NCBI GenBank assembly: GCA_040756235.1
Contig: JBFLZG010000054.1
Coordinates: 1-27,158 of the forward strand
DNA: 27,158 nt
Source of the DNA: a bacterium
Lineage (GTDB): Bacteria; Desulfobacterota; DSWW01
Direction: 5' to 3'
Position numbers and translations under genes: made by a program. The notes under the pieces are model-generated. The model searched no databases and was not told the origin of the DNA. It saw only the letters and a list, made by a program, of their open reading frames with translations. Below are positions 1 to 8,250 of the stretch, in pieces (positions within the stretch are counted from its first letter, which is position 1; every line of letters starts with the position of its first letter).

Positions 1-89
1 GTCCCTCGTCATTGCGGCGTACTGAAATGTACGCCTCATTCCTCGGGATTTCGCGCGCCTGGCATCTGGGCATTTTTGAACAGGCTCCC
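1..89. repeat. Right part of a MITE/REP-like hairpin repeat, truncated by the window edge
   Basis: Hairpin GGCGTAC(16-22)/GTACGCC(29-35). GCCTCATTCCTCGGG (33-47) recurs exactly at 27144-27158. ACAGGCTCCC (80-89) recurs at 2352-2361. The start gtccctcgtc overlaps the catccttcgtc end of the copy at 2288-2335. Confidence 0.7.
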
Positions 90-172
90 GAACCAGAGCT
101 TGTGGGACAAGCTCTATCTACCAAAAACGACTGCCATCGGGCAACTGTCGCCCCGCAACGAGGGAGGGTAAC

Positions 173-1207
173 ATGAATCAGATCGGGTTGATTGCGGATC
201 CCTGTTTCCTCGATCACGTCACCCCGGACTTTCACCCTGAACACCCGGACCGGTTGCGGGCCATTCACGGCATGCTGAAAGAGAGCGGCATGCAGGGACG
301 TCTCGCCTTGCTGCCTCCTCGCGAGGCCGCCCCGGAAGAGATCTGCTCGGTTCACACGAGCTCTTATTTCGAGCAAATCGAGCAGAGCCGGGACTGTGCT
401 CACCAGAGCCTCGATCCGGATACACACCTCTCCGGCGAAACCTACCGGGTCGCCAAACTCGCGGCAGGAGGCCTCCTCGTTCTCGTGGACGCCCTGTTCT
501 CCGGAGAGATCCGCAGCGGCTTCGCCCTGGTCCGGCCTCCGGGCCACCACGCCGAGGCGGGTCATGGCATGGGATTCTGCATTTACAACAACGTGGCGAT
601 CGCGGCTCGTTACGCGCAGCGCAAGGGGCTCGCCCGCAGGATCCTGATCGTTGACTGGGATCTGCACCACGGCAACGGCACGCAGCACGCCTTCGAGGCG
701 GACCCCAGCGTTCTCTACTTCTCCAGCCACATGTACCCCTATTATCCGGGTACCGGACGCATGGAGGAAGTCGGCAGGGGGGACGGCGCGGGCTTCACGG
801 TCAACGTCCCCCTTCCGGGAGGACAGGGGGACCAGGATTACCTCTGGATCTACGACAAGCTTCTGATCCAGCTGGCCGAGCAGTTCCGCCCCGAGCTCGT
901 TCTCGTATCCGCCGGGTTCGACATTTACTCAGGAGACCCTCTGGGCACGATGAGGGTGACGGAGCAGGGCTTCGGACGCCTGACGGCCCTTCTCCGGGCT
1001 CTGGCCGAGAGAGTCTGCGAGGCGCGGCTCCTGCTCACTCTCGAGGGAGGCTATCACGTGGAAGGGCAGGCCCGCAGCGTCCGGGAGGTGCTGGAGGTTC
1101 TCAACGGCAGAGCCGCAGACGGTCCTCCGGCGCAGGCGCCTTCTTCCACGATCGAAGCGATCTTCCAACGCCTGCGGGAGGTGCACAAACCCTACTGGCG
1201 GCTTTAG
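173..1207 (+). CDS. Histone deacetylase-family (class II / AcuC-like) Zn-dependent deacetylase
   Basis: Motifs HPEHPDRL, RPPGHHA, GFC, DWDLHHGNGTQ, SAGFD and LEGGY are all intact. RBS GGAGG upstream. Confidence 0.95.
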   Translation: MNQIGLIADPCFLDHVTPDFHPEHPDRLRAIHGMLKESGMQGRLALLPPREAAPEEICSVHTSSYFEQIEQSRDCAHQSLDPDTHLSGETYRVAKLAAGGLLVLVDALFSGEIRSGFALVRPPGHHAEAGHGMGFCIYNNVAIAARYAQRKGLARRILIVDWDLHHGNGTQHAFEADPSVLYFSSHMYPYYPGTGRMEEVGRGDGAGFTVNVPLPGGQGDQDYLWIYDKLLIQLAEQFRPELVLVSAGFDIYSGDPLGTMRVTEQGFGRLTALLRALAERVCEARLLLTLEGGYHVEGQARSVREVLEVLNGRAADGPPAQAPSSTIEAIFQRLREVHKPYWRL

Positions 1208-1238
1208 GAGGCCGTCAGTTGCGAGTCGTCAGGCACTC

Positions 1239-1265
1239 CGGCAGGGGCGACCGGCCGGTCGCCCC
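1239..1265. repeat. GTAG-type REP-like palindrome, copy 1
   Basis: Perfect 22-bp palindrome GGGGCGACCGGCCGGTCGCCCC (1244-1265) preceded by GCA, in the convergent gap after the HDAC gene. A near-identical copy lies at 14599-14628. Confidence 0.7.
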
Positions 1266-1279
1266 GCAGGGGCAGACAC

Positions 1280-2248
1280 CTACTCGTCCAGGAAGCTCAA
1301 CTGTCCGCACATGCGAAAAGGCTTCTCCTGGCGTGGGAGCTTCCGGGGGCGCCAGCGGACCGCTTGGCGCAGCGCATCCGAGACCCCCTGCGTCTCCTGC
1401 CCTTCTTTGACTGTGAGCAGGGGACGAAGGTCCACGAACTTGTCGGTCAGAAAACAGGGCCCGAGCAAGCCCTCTGTGGTGAGCACGATGCGCGTGCAGC
1501 TCTCGCACTGATGCTCGTCCACCGGCCTGAGGAAGCGGATCGTGCCCATACCGTCCTCGAAGCGGTACACCCCCGACCCGTCGTCCTCCCGGAGCTTCTG
1601 GAAGTAGTCGATCTCCTCGATGATCTTGTCGAGCGGATAGTGCAAGTCCCGACGCTTGGAGTTGGTCTCGGCCGCGTCATAAGGGACGTACTCGAGAAAA
1701 ACCACCTCGTACGGATGATCCTTGGTCAGCAGGGCGAACTCGATGATCTCTTTCTGATTGAGGCCGTTCAGAATCGTCACGTACACGCCGATGCGCTCGA
1801 ATCCCGCCTTCACCGCTTCCTGCAGACCCGCGTAGATGCGGTAGAGATGGTCCCCCCGAGTGATCTTGCGGTACTTCTCGAAGCTCAGAGAATCAATGTG
1901 GACGAGGAGCCGTTTGAGCCCGAAGTCTCTCAGCATGGCCGCGTGCTCTTTCAGGAGCACTCCGTTGGTCATCACGCTGATGCGCTCGAACTGCGGCGTC
2001 CGGACCACCTCCTCAAGAAAGGGGAAGAACCATTTCTTGATCAGCGGCTCACCGCCCCGAAAGTCCAGGTTCACGATTCCGCTGGGCATGAGAGCCCGAA
2101 CGAGCCGCAGCAACTCCCCGTGTCTCAGACCTTTCTTCCTGGGCAGCCTCTTGTTTCTCGGTTCCGGAACGCAGTACGTGCAGGAAAGATTGCAGCCATC
2201 CGTTATCAGAAGCTTGAGCGTATCCATCGTTTTCTTTTTGCTCGTCAT
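1280..2248 (-). CDS. Divergent MoaA-like radical SAM protein with a twitch auxiliary Fe-S domain; probably not a functional GTP 3',8-cyclase
   Basis: CxxxCxxC (CNLSCTYC), GGEP, TNG, and CX2CX13C (CESC...GPC). Start placed at ATG 2248 (MTSKKK); the upstream ORF extension runs toward a repeat. The basic GTP-binding residues and the terminal GG are missing. Confidence 0.85.
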   Translation of the reverse strand: MTSKKKTMDTLKLLITDGCNLSCTYCVPEPRNKRLPRKKGLRHGELLRLVRALMPSGIVNLDFRGGEPLIKKWFFPFLEEVVRTPQFERISVMTNGVLLKEHAAMLRDFGLKRLLVHIDSLSFEKYRKITRGDHLYRIYAGLQEAVKAGFERIGVYVTILNGLNQKEIIEFALLTKDHPYEVVFLEYVPYDAAETNSKRRDLHYPLDKIIEEIDYFQKLREDDGSGVYRFEDGMGTIRFLRPVDEHQCESCTRIVLTTEGLLGPCFLTDKFVDLRPLLTVKEGQETQGVSDALRQAVRWRPRKLPRQEKPFRMCGQLSFLDE

Positions 2249-2287
2249 GGGGGATCTTCCGCTCTTCCGTCCCGAGCGCACTCGCAC

Positions 2288-2361
2288 GAGGCTGTTTGTG
2301 AACGCCCATCTGCTGCGTTGCGCCCATCCTTCGTCCCCGGCGTTCGCCGGGACAGGCTCCC
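2288..2361. repeat. Internally deleted copy of the MITE/REP-like repeat
   Basis: The 39-nt arm at 2288-2326 matches 18066-18104 at 31/39 positions. It is followed by a CCCGGC/GCCGGG hairpin and ACAGGCTCCC, identical to 80-89. Confidence 0.65.
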
Positions 2362-2382
2362 AAGGAGCAGAACGCGTGCTTT

Positions 2383-4482
2383 TTAGTCTATCGGATCGGA
2401 AAGATCCGGTAAAGGGGGAGATCCGCCCGGATCCAGCTCCTCCCGGAAGAAGTCGATTTCATCGGATTGCCCGGCTTCCTCCGACACCTCCCGAGGCTCG
2501 GTGCCCTCCCGGAAGCACTCGAACCGCACCCGGCTGGATTGGAGTCCGGCCAGGAGGCCGGTCTGAACGTCGACGTTGGCAAAGACGATCCCCAGCGGGA
2601 CCGGAAACTCCCTGGCGCGCGACCCCTGCGTCACGCCTTTCATGAATTGGAGCCAGACCGGCGCCGCCAGGCGCCCGCCGGTCTCCTTGTTGCCCAGGCT
2701 CCTGGGCTGGTCGTAACCCAGCCACACCCCCGTGATCCGATCCGGTATGTACCCGATGAACCACGCGTCCCTGAAGTCGTTCGTGGTCCCCGTCTTCCCG
2801 GCGCAGGGCACGCCGAGGGCCTGCACGGCCCTGCCGGTGCCCTCCCCGACAACGCTTTGCAGCAGGCTCGTCATGAGATAGGCGGTGACCGGGGTGAGGA
2901 CGGGCTCGGAGCGGGGCTCGGTTTCCTCGAGCCGGTTTCCCGCCGCGTCCAGGACTTCTCGCACCAGGATCGGCTCGGGTCGCTCGCCCTGAGAGGGGTA
3001 GACCGCGTAGGCATCGACCAATTCGAACAGAGACACTTCCGACGTGCCGAGGGCCAGTGACAGGTCCGGGGTCAGAGCAGAACGGATCCCCATTCGCTGC
3101 ACGTACCGGATCGCATAGGAAACCCCGATGTCCTGGAGGACCTTGATCGTCACCACGTTGCGCGAATGCGCCAACGCGTCCCGCAGCGTCGTGGGACCGA
3201 CGAAATAGCGCGAATAGTTCCTCGGCTTCCATTTCTCTTCCAGCACGGGATCATGGAATACGATCGGCGAGTCGACCACGATCGAGGCCGGCGTATAGCC
3301 CTTGTCCAGGGCGGCCGCGTAGAGAAGGCCCTTGAAGGCGCTTCCGGGCTGCCGCCGGGCATGCACCGCCCGATTGAACTGAGACCGCGTGTAATCCATT
3401 CCTCCGATCATGGCGCGGACCTGGCCTCCCGGCAGCTCCATCGAGACCAGGGCACCCTCCACCCCGCTTGCCGCGCCCGCGCCGCCCTCCTCCGCTGCGA
3501 CCGCCTCCGTCTGGCCCGACCGCGGATGCCGTTTCTCGTAGGACGCGACCGCTGCCGCCAAAGCCTCCTGGGCGATCCGCTGCTCTTGCTTCCGAATGGT
3601 CGTATGAACCTGGAGCCCGCCGCCGAAAGTCCGGTCCTTGCCGTACCGGTGCAGGAGATAGGACCGGACCTCATCCAGGAAGTACGGTGCCACCGCGAGG
3701 TTCAGGTCTCCGCCGGGCACCAGCTGCAGAGGCTCCCGGATAGCCGCTTCCATCTGCTGTCGCGTGACGAATCCTTCTTCGACCATGCGCTCGAGCACGT
3801 ACCTCTGCCGCTCCCGGGCAAGCTCGAGGTTGCGCACCGGCGAATATCGCGTAGGGGCGCGGGGAAGTCCGGCAAGCAGGGACGCCTCGGCCAGGTCGAC
3901 AGCGGTCACGTCATGCCCGAAGTAACACTTCGAGGCGGTCCGAACGCCGTAGGCCCCATTGCCGAAATAGATCTGGTTCAGATACAGGTACAGAATCTCG
4001 TCTTTCGACAGAGACTTCTCCAGCCGGTAAGCCAGGATGGCCTCGCGCAGCTTCCGCTTGTAGCTCTTCTCGGGGGTCAGCAGCAGGGACTTGACCACCT
4101 GCTGGGTGATCGTGCTCCCCCCCTGAACGATCTCGCCGGCCCGCACGTTCTTGAGGAGGGCCCGCATGATCCCCATGAAATCCAAGCCTTCGTGGTAGTA
4201 GAACTTCGCGTCTTCGGCGGCGATGACGGCCAGGCGCAGCACCTCCGGCACGTCCGCGAGCGCGACCAGCTCCCTCTTTTCCAGGAAGAACTCGCCGATG
4301 AGCTCGCCGTCATCGTCGAACACGTGCGTCACGAGCCGGGGCTGATAGTCCCGCAGCGTCCCGATGTTCGGCAGGTCGGCGGTGACGATGCGGTAAAGGA
4401 TGGCGAGCGTGCTCGCTGCCAGCACGAGGAGCGAGCTCAACGCGACCACGAAGAAGCGTAAACGGCGCGATCTCGGTTTCAT
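2383..4482 (-). CDS. mrcA: Class A penicillin-binding protein 1A (transglycosylase/transpeptidase)
   Basis: N-terminal TM helix. Transglycosylase motifs EDAKFYYHEG, GGSTITQQ, RKLRE, KDEILYLYLN. Transpeptidase motifs SAFK (SxxK), SRN (SxN), KTG. Confidence 0.95.
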   Translation of the reverse strand: MKPRSRRLRFFVVALSSLLVLAASTLAILYRIVTADLPNIGTLRDYQPRLVTHVFDDDGELIGEFFLEKRELVALADVPEVLRLAVIAAEDAKFYYHEGLDFMGIMRALLKNVRAGEIVQGGSTITQQVVKSLLLTPEKSYKRKLREAILAYRLEKSLSKDEILYLYLNQIYFGNGAYGVRTASKCYFGHDVTAVDLAEASLLAGLPRAPTRYSPVRNLELARERQRYVLERMVEEGFVTRQQMEAAIREPLQLVPGGDLNLAVAPYFLDEVRSYLLHRYGKDRTFGGGLQVHTTIRKQEQRIAQEALAAAVASYEKRHPRSGQTEAVAAEEGGAGAASGVEGALVSMELPGGQVRAMIGGMDYTRSQFNRAVHARRQPGSAFKGLLYAAALDKGYTPASIVVDSPIVFHDPVLEEKWKPRNYSRYFVGPTTLRDALAHSRNVVTIKVLQDIGVSYAIRYVQRMGIRSALTPDLSLALGTSEVSLFELVDAYAVYPSQGERPEPILVREVLDAAGNRLEETEPRSEPVLTPVTAYLMTSLLQSVVGEGTGRAVQALGVPCAGKTGTTNDFRDAWFIGYIPDRITGVWLGYDQPRSLGNKETGGRLAAPVWLQFMKGVTQGSRAREFPVPLGIVFANVDVQTGLLAGLQSSRVRFECFREGTEPREVSEEAGQSDEIDFFREELDPGGSPPLPDLSDPID

Positions 4483-4524
4483 GCAATCCGGGGAAAGCGG
4501 AAACTCACAGAAGCTTTCACGTTA

Positions 4525-5388
4525 TCAGCAAACCCGTCCCTGATCAATGCCCCGGGCCCCCTCGGCGCCCCTCTGCCGGACGTCGAGCCGGTCCCGCAGC
4601 CCGTCACCCAGGAAGTTCAGACCCAGCACCACGGTCATGATGGCCACTCCCGGCGCCAGGGTCAAATGGGGTGCGACGAACAGAAAGGGTCTGCCGTCGT
4701 TGAGCATGCTCCCCCAGCTTGCGGCCGGAGGCTGGGTCCCCAGCCCGAGGAAGCTCAGCCCCGCCTCGCCCAGGATTGCCCCGGCGGCCCCGAAGGTCGC
4801 CTCCACAAGGAGCGGGGAGAGGGCGTTCGGCAGCAAGTGTCGCCAGAGAATCCGGCGATCCCGGGCGCCGATGGAGCGGGCCGCCTGGACGAAGTCGAGC
4901 TCCCGGAGGGTCAGCACCTGGGCCCGGGCGAGTCGCGCGTACCCGACCCAACCCATGGCGCACAGGGCCAGGATCACGTTGCGCAGGCTCGGCCCCAGGA
5001 CCGCCGTGAGCGCGACCGCCAGAAGAATTCCCGGAAAGGCGAGCAGGACGTCCACAGCGCGCATGATCGCCTCGTCCAGTGCTCCGCGGTAGTAGCCGGC
5101 CACGAAGCCCAGAAACGTGCCGACGACGAGGGAAATGGAGACCGTGGCGAACCCGACCAGCACCGATACCCGGGCTCCGTACACCAGGCGGCTGAAGATG
5201 TCACGGCCGAGCGCGTCCTTGCCCAGAGGGCAAGACCACGACGGCCGCTCGAGCGAACGGGCCAGGTCGATCTCCGTAGGGTCGCGGGCGGCGAGCCACG
5301 GCGCAAACAAGGCCGTCCCCACCAGGCAGGCCAGGATGGCCCAGCCCGCCAGGGCGAGACGGCTCCTGCCGCTAACCAAGCTTTTCAT
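4525..5388 (-). CDS. Peptide/nickel ABC transporter permease (DppC/OppC family)
   Basis: LGKDALGRDIFSRLVYGARVS, EAA-like loop FVQAARSIGA, LSFLGLG and NFLGDGLRD. Confidence 0.93.
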   Translation of the reverse strand: MKSLVSGRSRLALAGWAILACLVGTALFAPWLAARDPTEIDLARSLERPSWSCPLGKDALGRDIFSRLVYGARVSVLVGFATVSISLVVGTFLGFVAGYYRGALDEAIMRAVDVLLAFPGILLAVALTAVLGPSLRNVILALCAMGWVGYARLARAQVLTLRELDFVQAARSIGARDRRILWRHLLPNALSPLLVEATFGAAGAILGEAGLSFLGLGTQPPAASWGSMLNDGRPFLFVAPHLTLAPGVAIMTVVLGLNFLGDGLRDRLDVRQRGAEGARGIDQGRVC

Positions 5389-6307
5389 AACGGATCCTCG
5401 GGTCCACCAGTGCGTACGCCAGGTCGGTCATGAGATTGACGAGCACGTAGCTCAGTGCAATCACCAGGACGCACCCCTGGACGACAGGGTAGTCCCGCGC
5501 CTGGATGGCCTGGACCGTCAGGCTGCCGATGCCCGGCCATGAAAAGATCGTTTCCGTGATGATGGAGCCGGCCAGCAGGCTTCCGAGTTGAAGTCCCGCA
5601 ACCGTGAGTACCGGAAGAAGCGCATTGCGGAGCACGTGCTTGGCCGCAACCACGGCTTCCGAGAGGCCCTTGGCCCGGGCCGTGCGCACGTAGTCCTGGC
5701 GGAGGTTCTCCAGGATCGACGACCGCGCCATTCGCGCCACGATCGCCGCCATCGAGGCGCCCAGGGTCAGGGCCGGCAGCACCAGGTGCCCCAGTCCTCC
5801 GGTCCCGGACACCGGCAGCAGGCCCAGCCGGATGGAGAAGACCCAGATGAGCAGCGGCCCCAGCCAGAAGTTCGGCATCGAGACGGCCAGCAGCGACGCA
5901 AACAGGGTCGTGTGGTCCCAGACGGAGTATGGACGCAGCCCGCTGAGCATGCCGGCAGGAAGCGCGATCATGAGAGACACGATCATGGATGCCAGGGTGA
6001 GCACGAGCGTGGCCGGATAGCGCTCCAGGATGAGGGCGCTCACTTTACGGCGCTGATGGACCGAGGTGCCGAGATCTCCCTGGAGCGCCGAGAGCAGAAA
6101 ACGGCCATACTGCTGGAGCACGGGCCGATCCAGACCCAGGGCGGTTCGCAATGAGTCCCGGTCTGCCGCGAGGGCGGTCTCGCCCAGCATCATGTCCACC
6201 GGATCCCCCGGGATCAGATGCAGGAAGAGAAAGACCAGCGTGGCCACTCCGAGGATGACCGGAAGAACCAGCGCGATCCTGCGCGCTGCATACGCCTGCA
6301 TCCCCAT
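5372..6307 (-). CDS. Peptide/nickel ABC transporter permease (DppB/OppB family)
   Basis: IPGDP, GDLGTS, DYVRTARAKGL, ETIFSWPGIG, RDYPVVQG and DPRIRY. Overlaps the downstream permease gene. Confidence 0.93.
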   Translation of the reverse strand: MGMQAYAARRIALVLPVILGVATLVFLFLHLIPGDPVDMMLGETALAADRDSLRTALGLDRPVLQQYGRFLLSALQGDLGTSVHQRRKVSALILERYPATLVLTLASMIVSLMIALPAGMLSGLRPYSVWDHTTLFASLLAVSMPNFWLGPLLIWVFSIRLGLLPVSGTGGLGHLVLPALTLGASMAAIVARMARSSILENLRQDYVRTARAKGLSEAVVAAKHVLRNALLPVLTVAGLQLGSLLAGSIITETIFSWPGIGSLTVQAIQARDYPVVQGCVLVIALSYVLVNLMTDLAYALVDPRIRYEKLG

Positions 6308-6322
6308 CCCTCCTGACGCGTC

Positions 6323-7978
6323 CTATTCGATCCAGACGTCCTTCAGGGAATCGAGATCGCCGTTCGGACGGAGCTCGAAGCCCCGGATGCGGCCGTCCAT
6401 CACGGCCACGTTCATGCCGTACCAGAGGCTCACGTAGGGAAGATCCTCGGCCAGGATCTTCTGCAACCGACCGTAGAGCTCTTTTCGGGCCGACCGGTCC
6501 GAAACGCTCCCCGCTTCCCTCAGGAGGGCGTCGACCTGCGGGTTCTCATAGTACCCGCGGTTGGCGCCCTCGGGAGGAACGCTCTCGGACGAGAAGAGGT
6601 AGGAATAGATCTCCGGATCGCTCACGCCGACCCAGCTCAGGGTATAGAGCTGAAAGTTCTGCTTTCGAATGTCCGAGAAAAAGGTCCCCCACTCGTAGGA
6701 CCGGATCTTGATCTCGATCCCGACGGCCGCCAGCTGGCCCTGGATGGCCTCAACGATCCGGCGTCGAAGATCGTTCTGCGAGGTCTTGCAGGTGAGAGAG
6801 AAGCGCGTGGCCGGACCGTCTCCGTCCGGGTCCGGGAAACCGGCGGCCTCCAGGAGCGCCTTCGCTCTCTCCGGATCGTAAGCGTATTGTTTCACCCCCG
6901 GCTCATAGGCCCAGTGCATGGGCGAGAGCACCCCGGTGGCCGGCACGGCCAGGCCGCCCAGCAGGTGGTCGATGATGGCCCGGCGGTCGATCGCGTGGGC
7001 GATCGCATGCCTCACCTCCCGGCAGCGCAGAACGGGGTCCTTCAAATTGAAACCGAGATAGGAGTAGGTCGTGCCCGGACCCTTCAGGATCCTGAAGCAG
7101 CCTTCGCGCTCCAGCATCGGCAGCACCTCGGGCTGGAAATCGTTCTGCACCAGATGAACCGTCCCCTTGCGCAGCTCCAGGATCCGCACCGTGTTGTCGG
7201 GAATGATCCTGAAACGGAGCTCCTGCAGGCGCGCAGGCTTGCCCGAGTAATCCGGGTTGACTCCCAGGCGCACCTCGTACCCTAGGTTCCAAGAAAGAAG
7301 CCGGAAGGGCCCGGCCCCGGCAGGCACGCTCGGGGCCGCAGCGGCAGCCCCTTCGGCGCCCCCGCCGCCGGGCACGATGCCCACATCGAGGCTCACGAGA
7401 AAAGACGCGTTGGGTCCGTTCAAGCGGAAGCGGACCGACCGCGGGTCGGGGCAGTCGACTGCAAGAACGTTGCGATAGGCTCCGCGCAGCGGGGATCCGA
7501 GAGAAGGGTCGAGCAGGCTCCGGAACGTGTACAATACGTCCTCAGGGCCCAGAGGGCGCCCCCCCGCGAACCGCACGCCTTCCCGGATCCTGAATTCGTA
7601 CGTGACGGGGTCCGGCATCGTCCAGCGTTCCACGAGGTCCGGAGTCACCTCCCCCGAGCCGTCCTTCGCGAACAGGCCCCGATGAAGAAGCTGATCGATC
7701 CGAGAAGAGGCGGCATCTGCCGCAAAGCGCGGATCCAGGTTGGCGGGGCTGCTCTCCAGCCCGACGACCAGGACCCCGCGGCCGAGCAGGTCCTCGGTGC
7801 GACAAGCGCCGAGGACCAGGACCGCAAGAATGGCCGGGAAGCGTGCGACCCGGAGAAGGCGGCCCCGCAGCCGGCACGGGGGAACTCTCGAGGCGCAGTG
7901 CGAGCCGTTGAGCGCCCCCAAGTGCGGCGCGGCCGGCTCTTCATATAAAGGCGCCTCGCGGGCGCGGGCCATCGACAT
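6323..7978 (-). CDS. ABC transporter substrate-binding lipoprotein, family 5 (DppA/OppA-like); start uncertain
   Basis: Lipobox LGA-C after a hydrophobic stretch. Motifs NLDP, GAGPF, VRHAIAHAIDR, YDPERAKALLEAAG, NRGYYENPQVD. Confidence 0.9.
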   Translation of the reverse strand: MSMARAREAPLYEEPAAPHLGALNGSHCASRVPPCRLRGRLLRVARFPAILAVLVLGACRTEDLLGRGVLVVGLESSPANLDPRFAADAASSRIDQLLHRGLFAKDGSGEVTPDLVERWTMPDPVTYEFRIREGVRFAGGRPLGPEDVLYTFRSLLDPSLGSPLRGAYRNVLAVDCPDPRSVRFRLNGPNASFLVSLDVGIVPGGGGAEGAAAAAPSVPAGAGPFRLLSWNLGYEVRLGVNPDYSGKPARLQELRFRIIPDNTVRILELRKGTVHLVQNDFQPEVLPMLEREGCFRILKGPGTTYSYLGFNLKDPVLRCREVRHAIAHAIDRRAIIDHLLGGLAVPATGVLSPMHWAYEPGVKQYAYDPERAKALLEAAGFPDPDGDGPATRFSLTCKTSQNDLRRRIVEAIQGQLAAVGIEIKIRSYEWGTFFSDIRKQNFQLYTLSWVGVSDPEIYSYLFSSESVPPEGANRGYYENPQVDALLREAGSVSDRSARKELYGRLQKILAEDLPYVSLWYGMNVAVMDGRIRGFELRPNGDLDSLKDVWIE

Positions 7979-8152
7979 CGTATCAAGTCCTTCCCTACAC
8001 TATGGTGTCGGTTCCAGAGGCCGGCGCGGGTGGGTCCCCTTCGCCCCCCCTCTGAAATCGGCCTGCCGGAACAGGCCTCCCGTTTAGGTCAAGGCCCGGT
8101 CTCCTGTCAATCGGGCCTGCGGAGGATCGCCGCCCGGCCACGCTCCGGCCTC

Positions 8153-8181
8153 TTGAAAGAGCCTCACAAACAGGATAGACT
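8153..8181 (+). promoter_or_regulatory. Sigma70-type promoter for the ccsA-like/hem operon
   Basis: TTGAAA (8153-8158), 17 bp, TAGACT (8176-8181), about 70 nt upstream of ATG 8251. Confidence 0.6.
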
Positions 8182-8250
8182 AGTTTCTACTAGCTTGATT
8201 TTTCAGGATTTTCAGTAGCTCCGCCACCCCAGCCGCGCGGGTCCTCCCAC

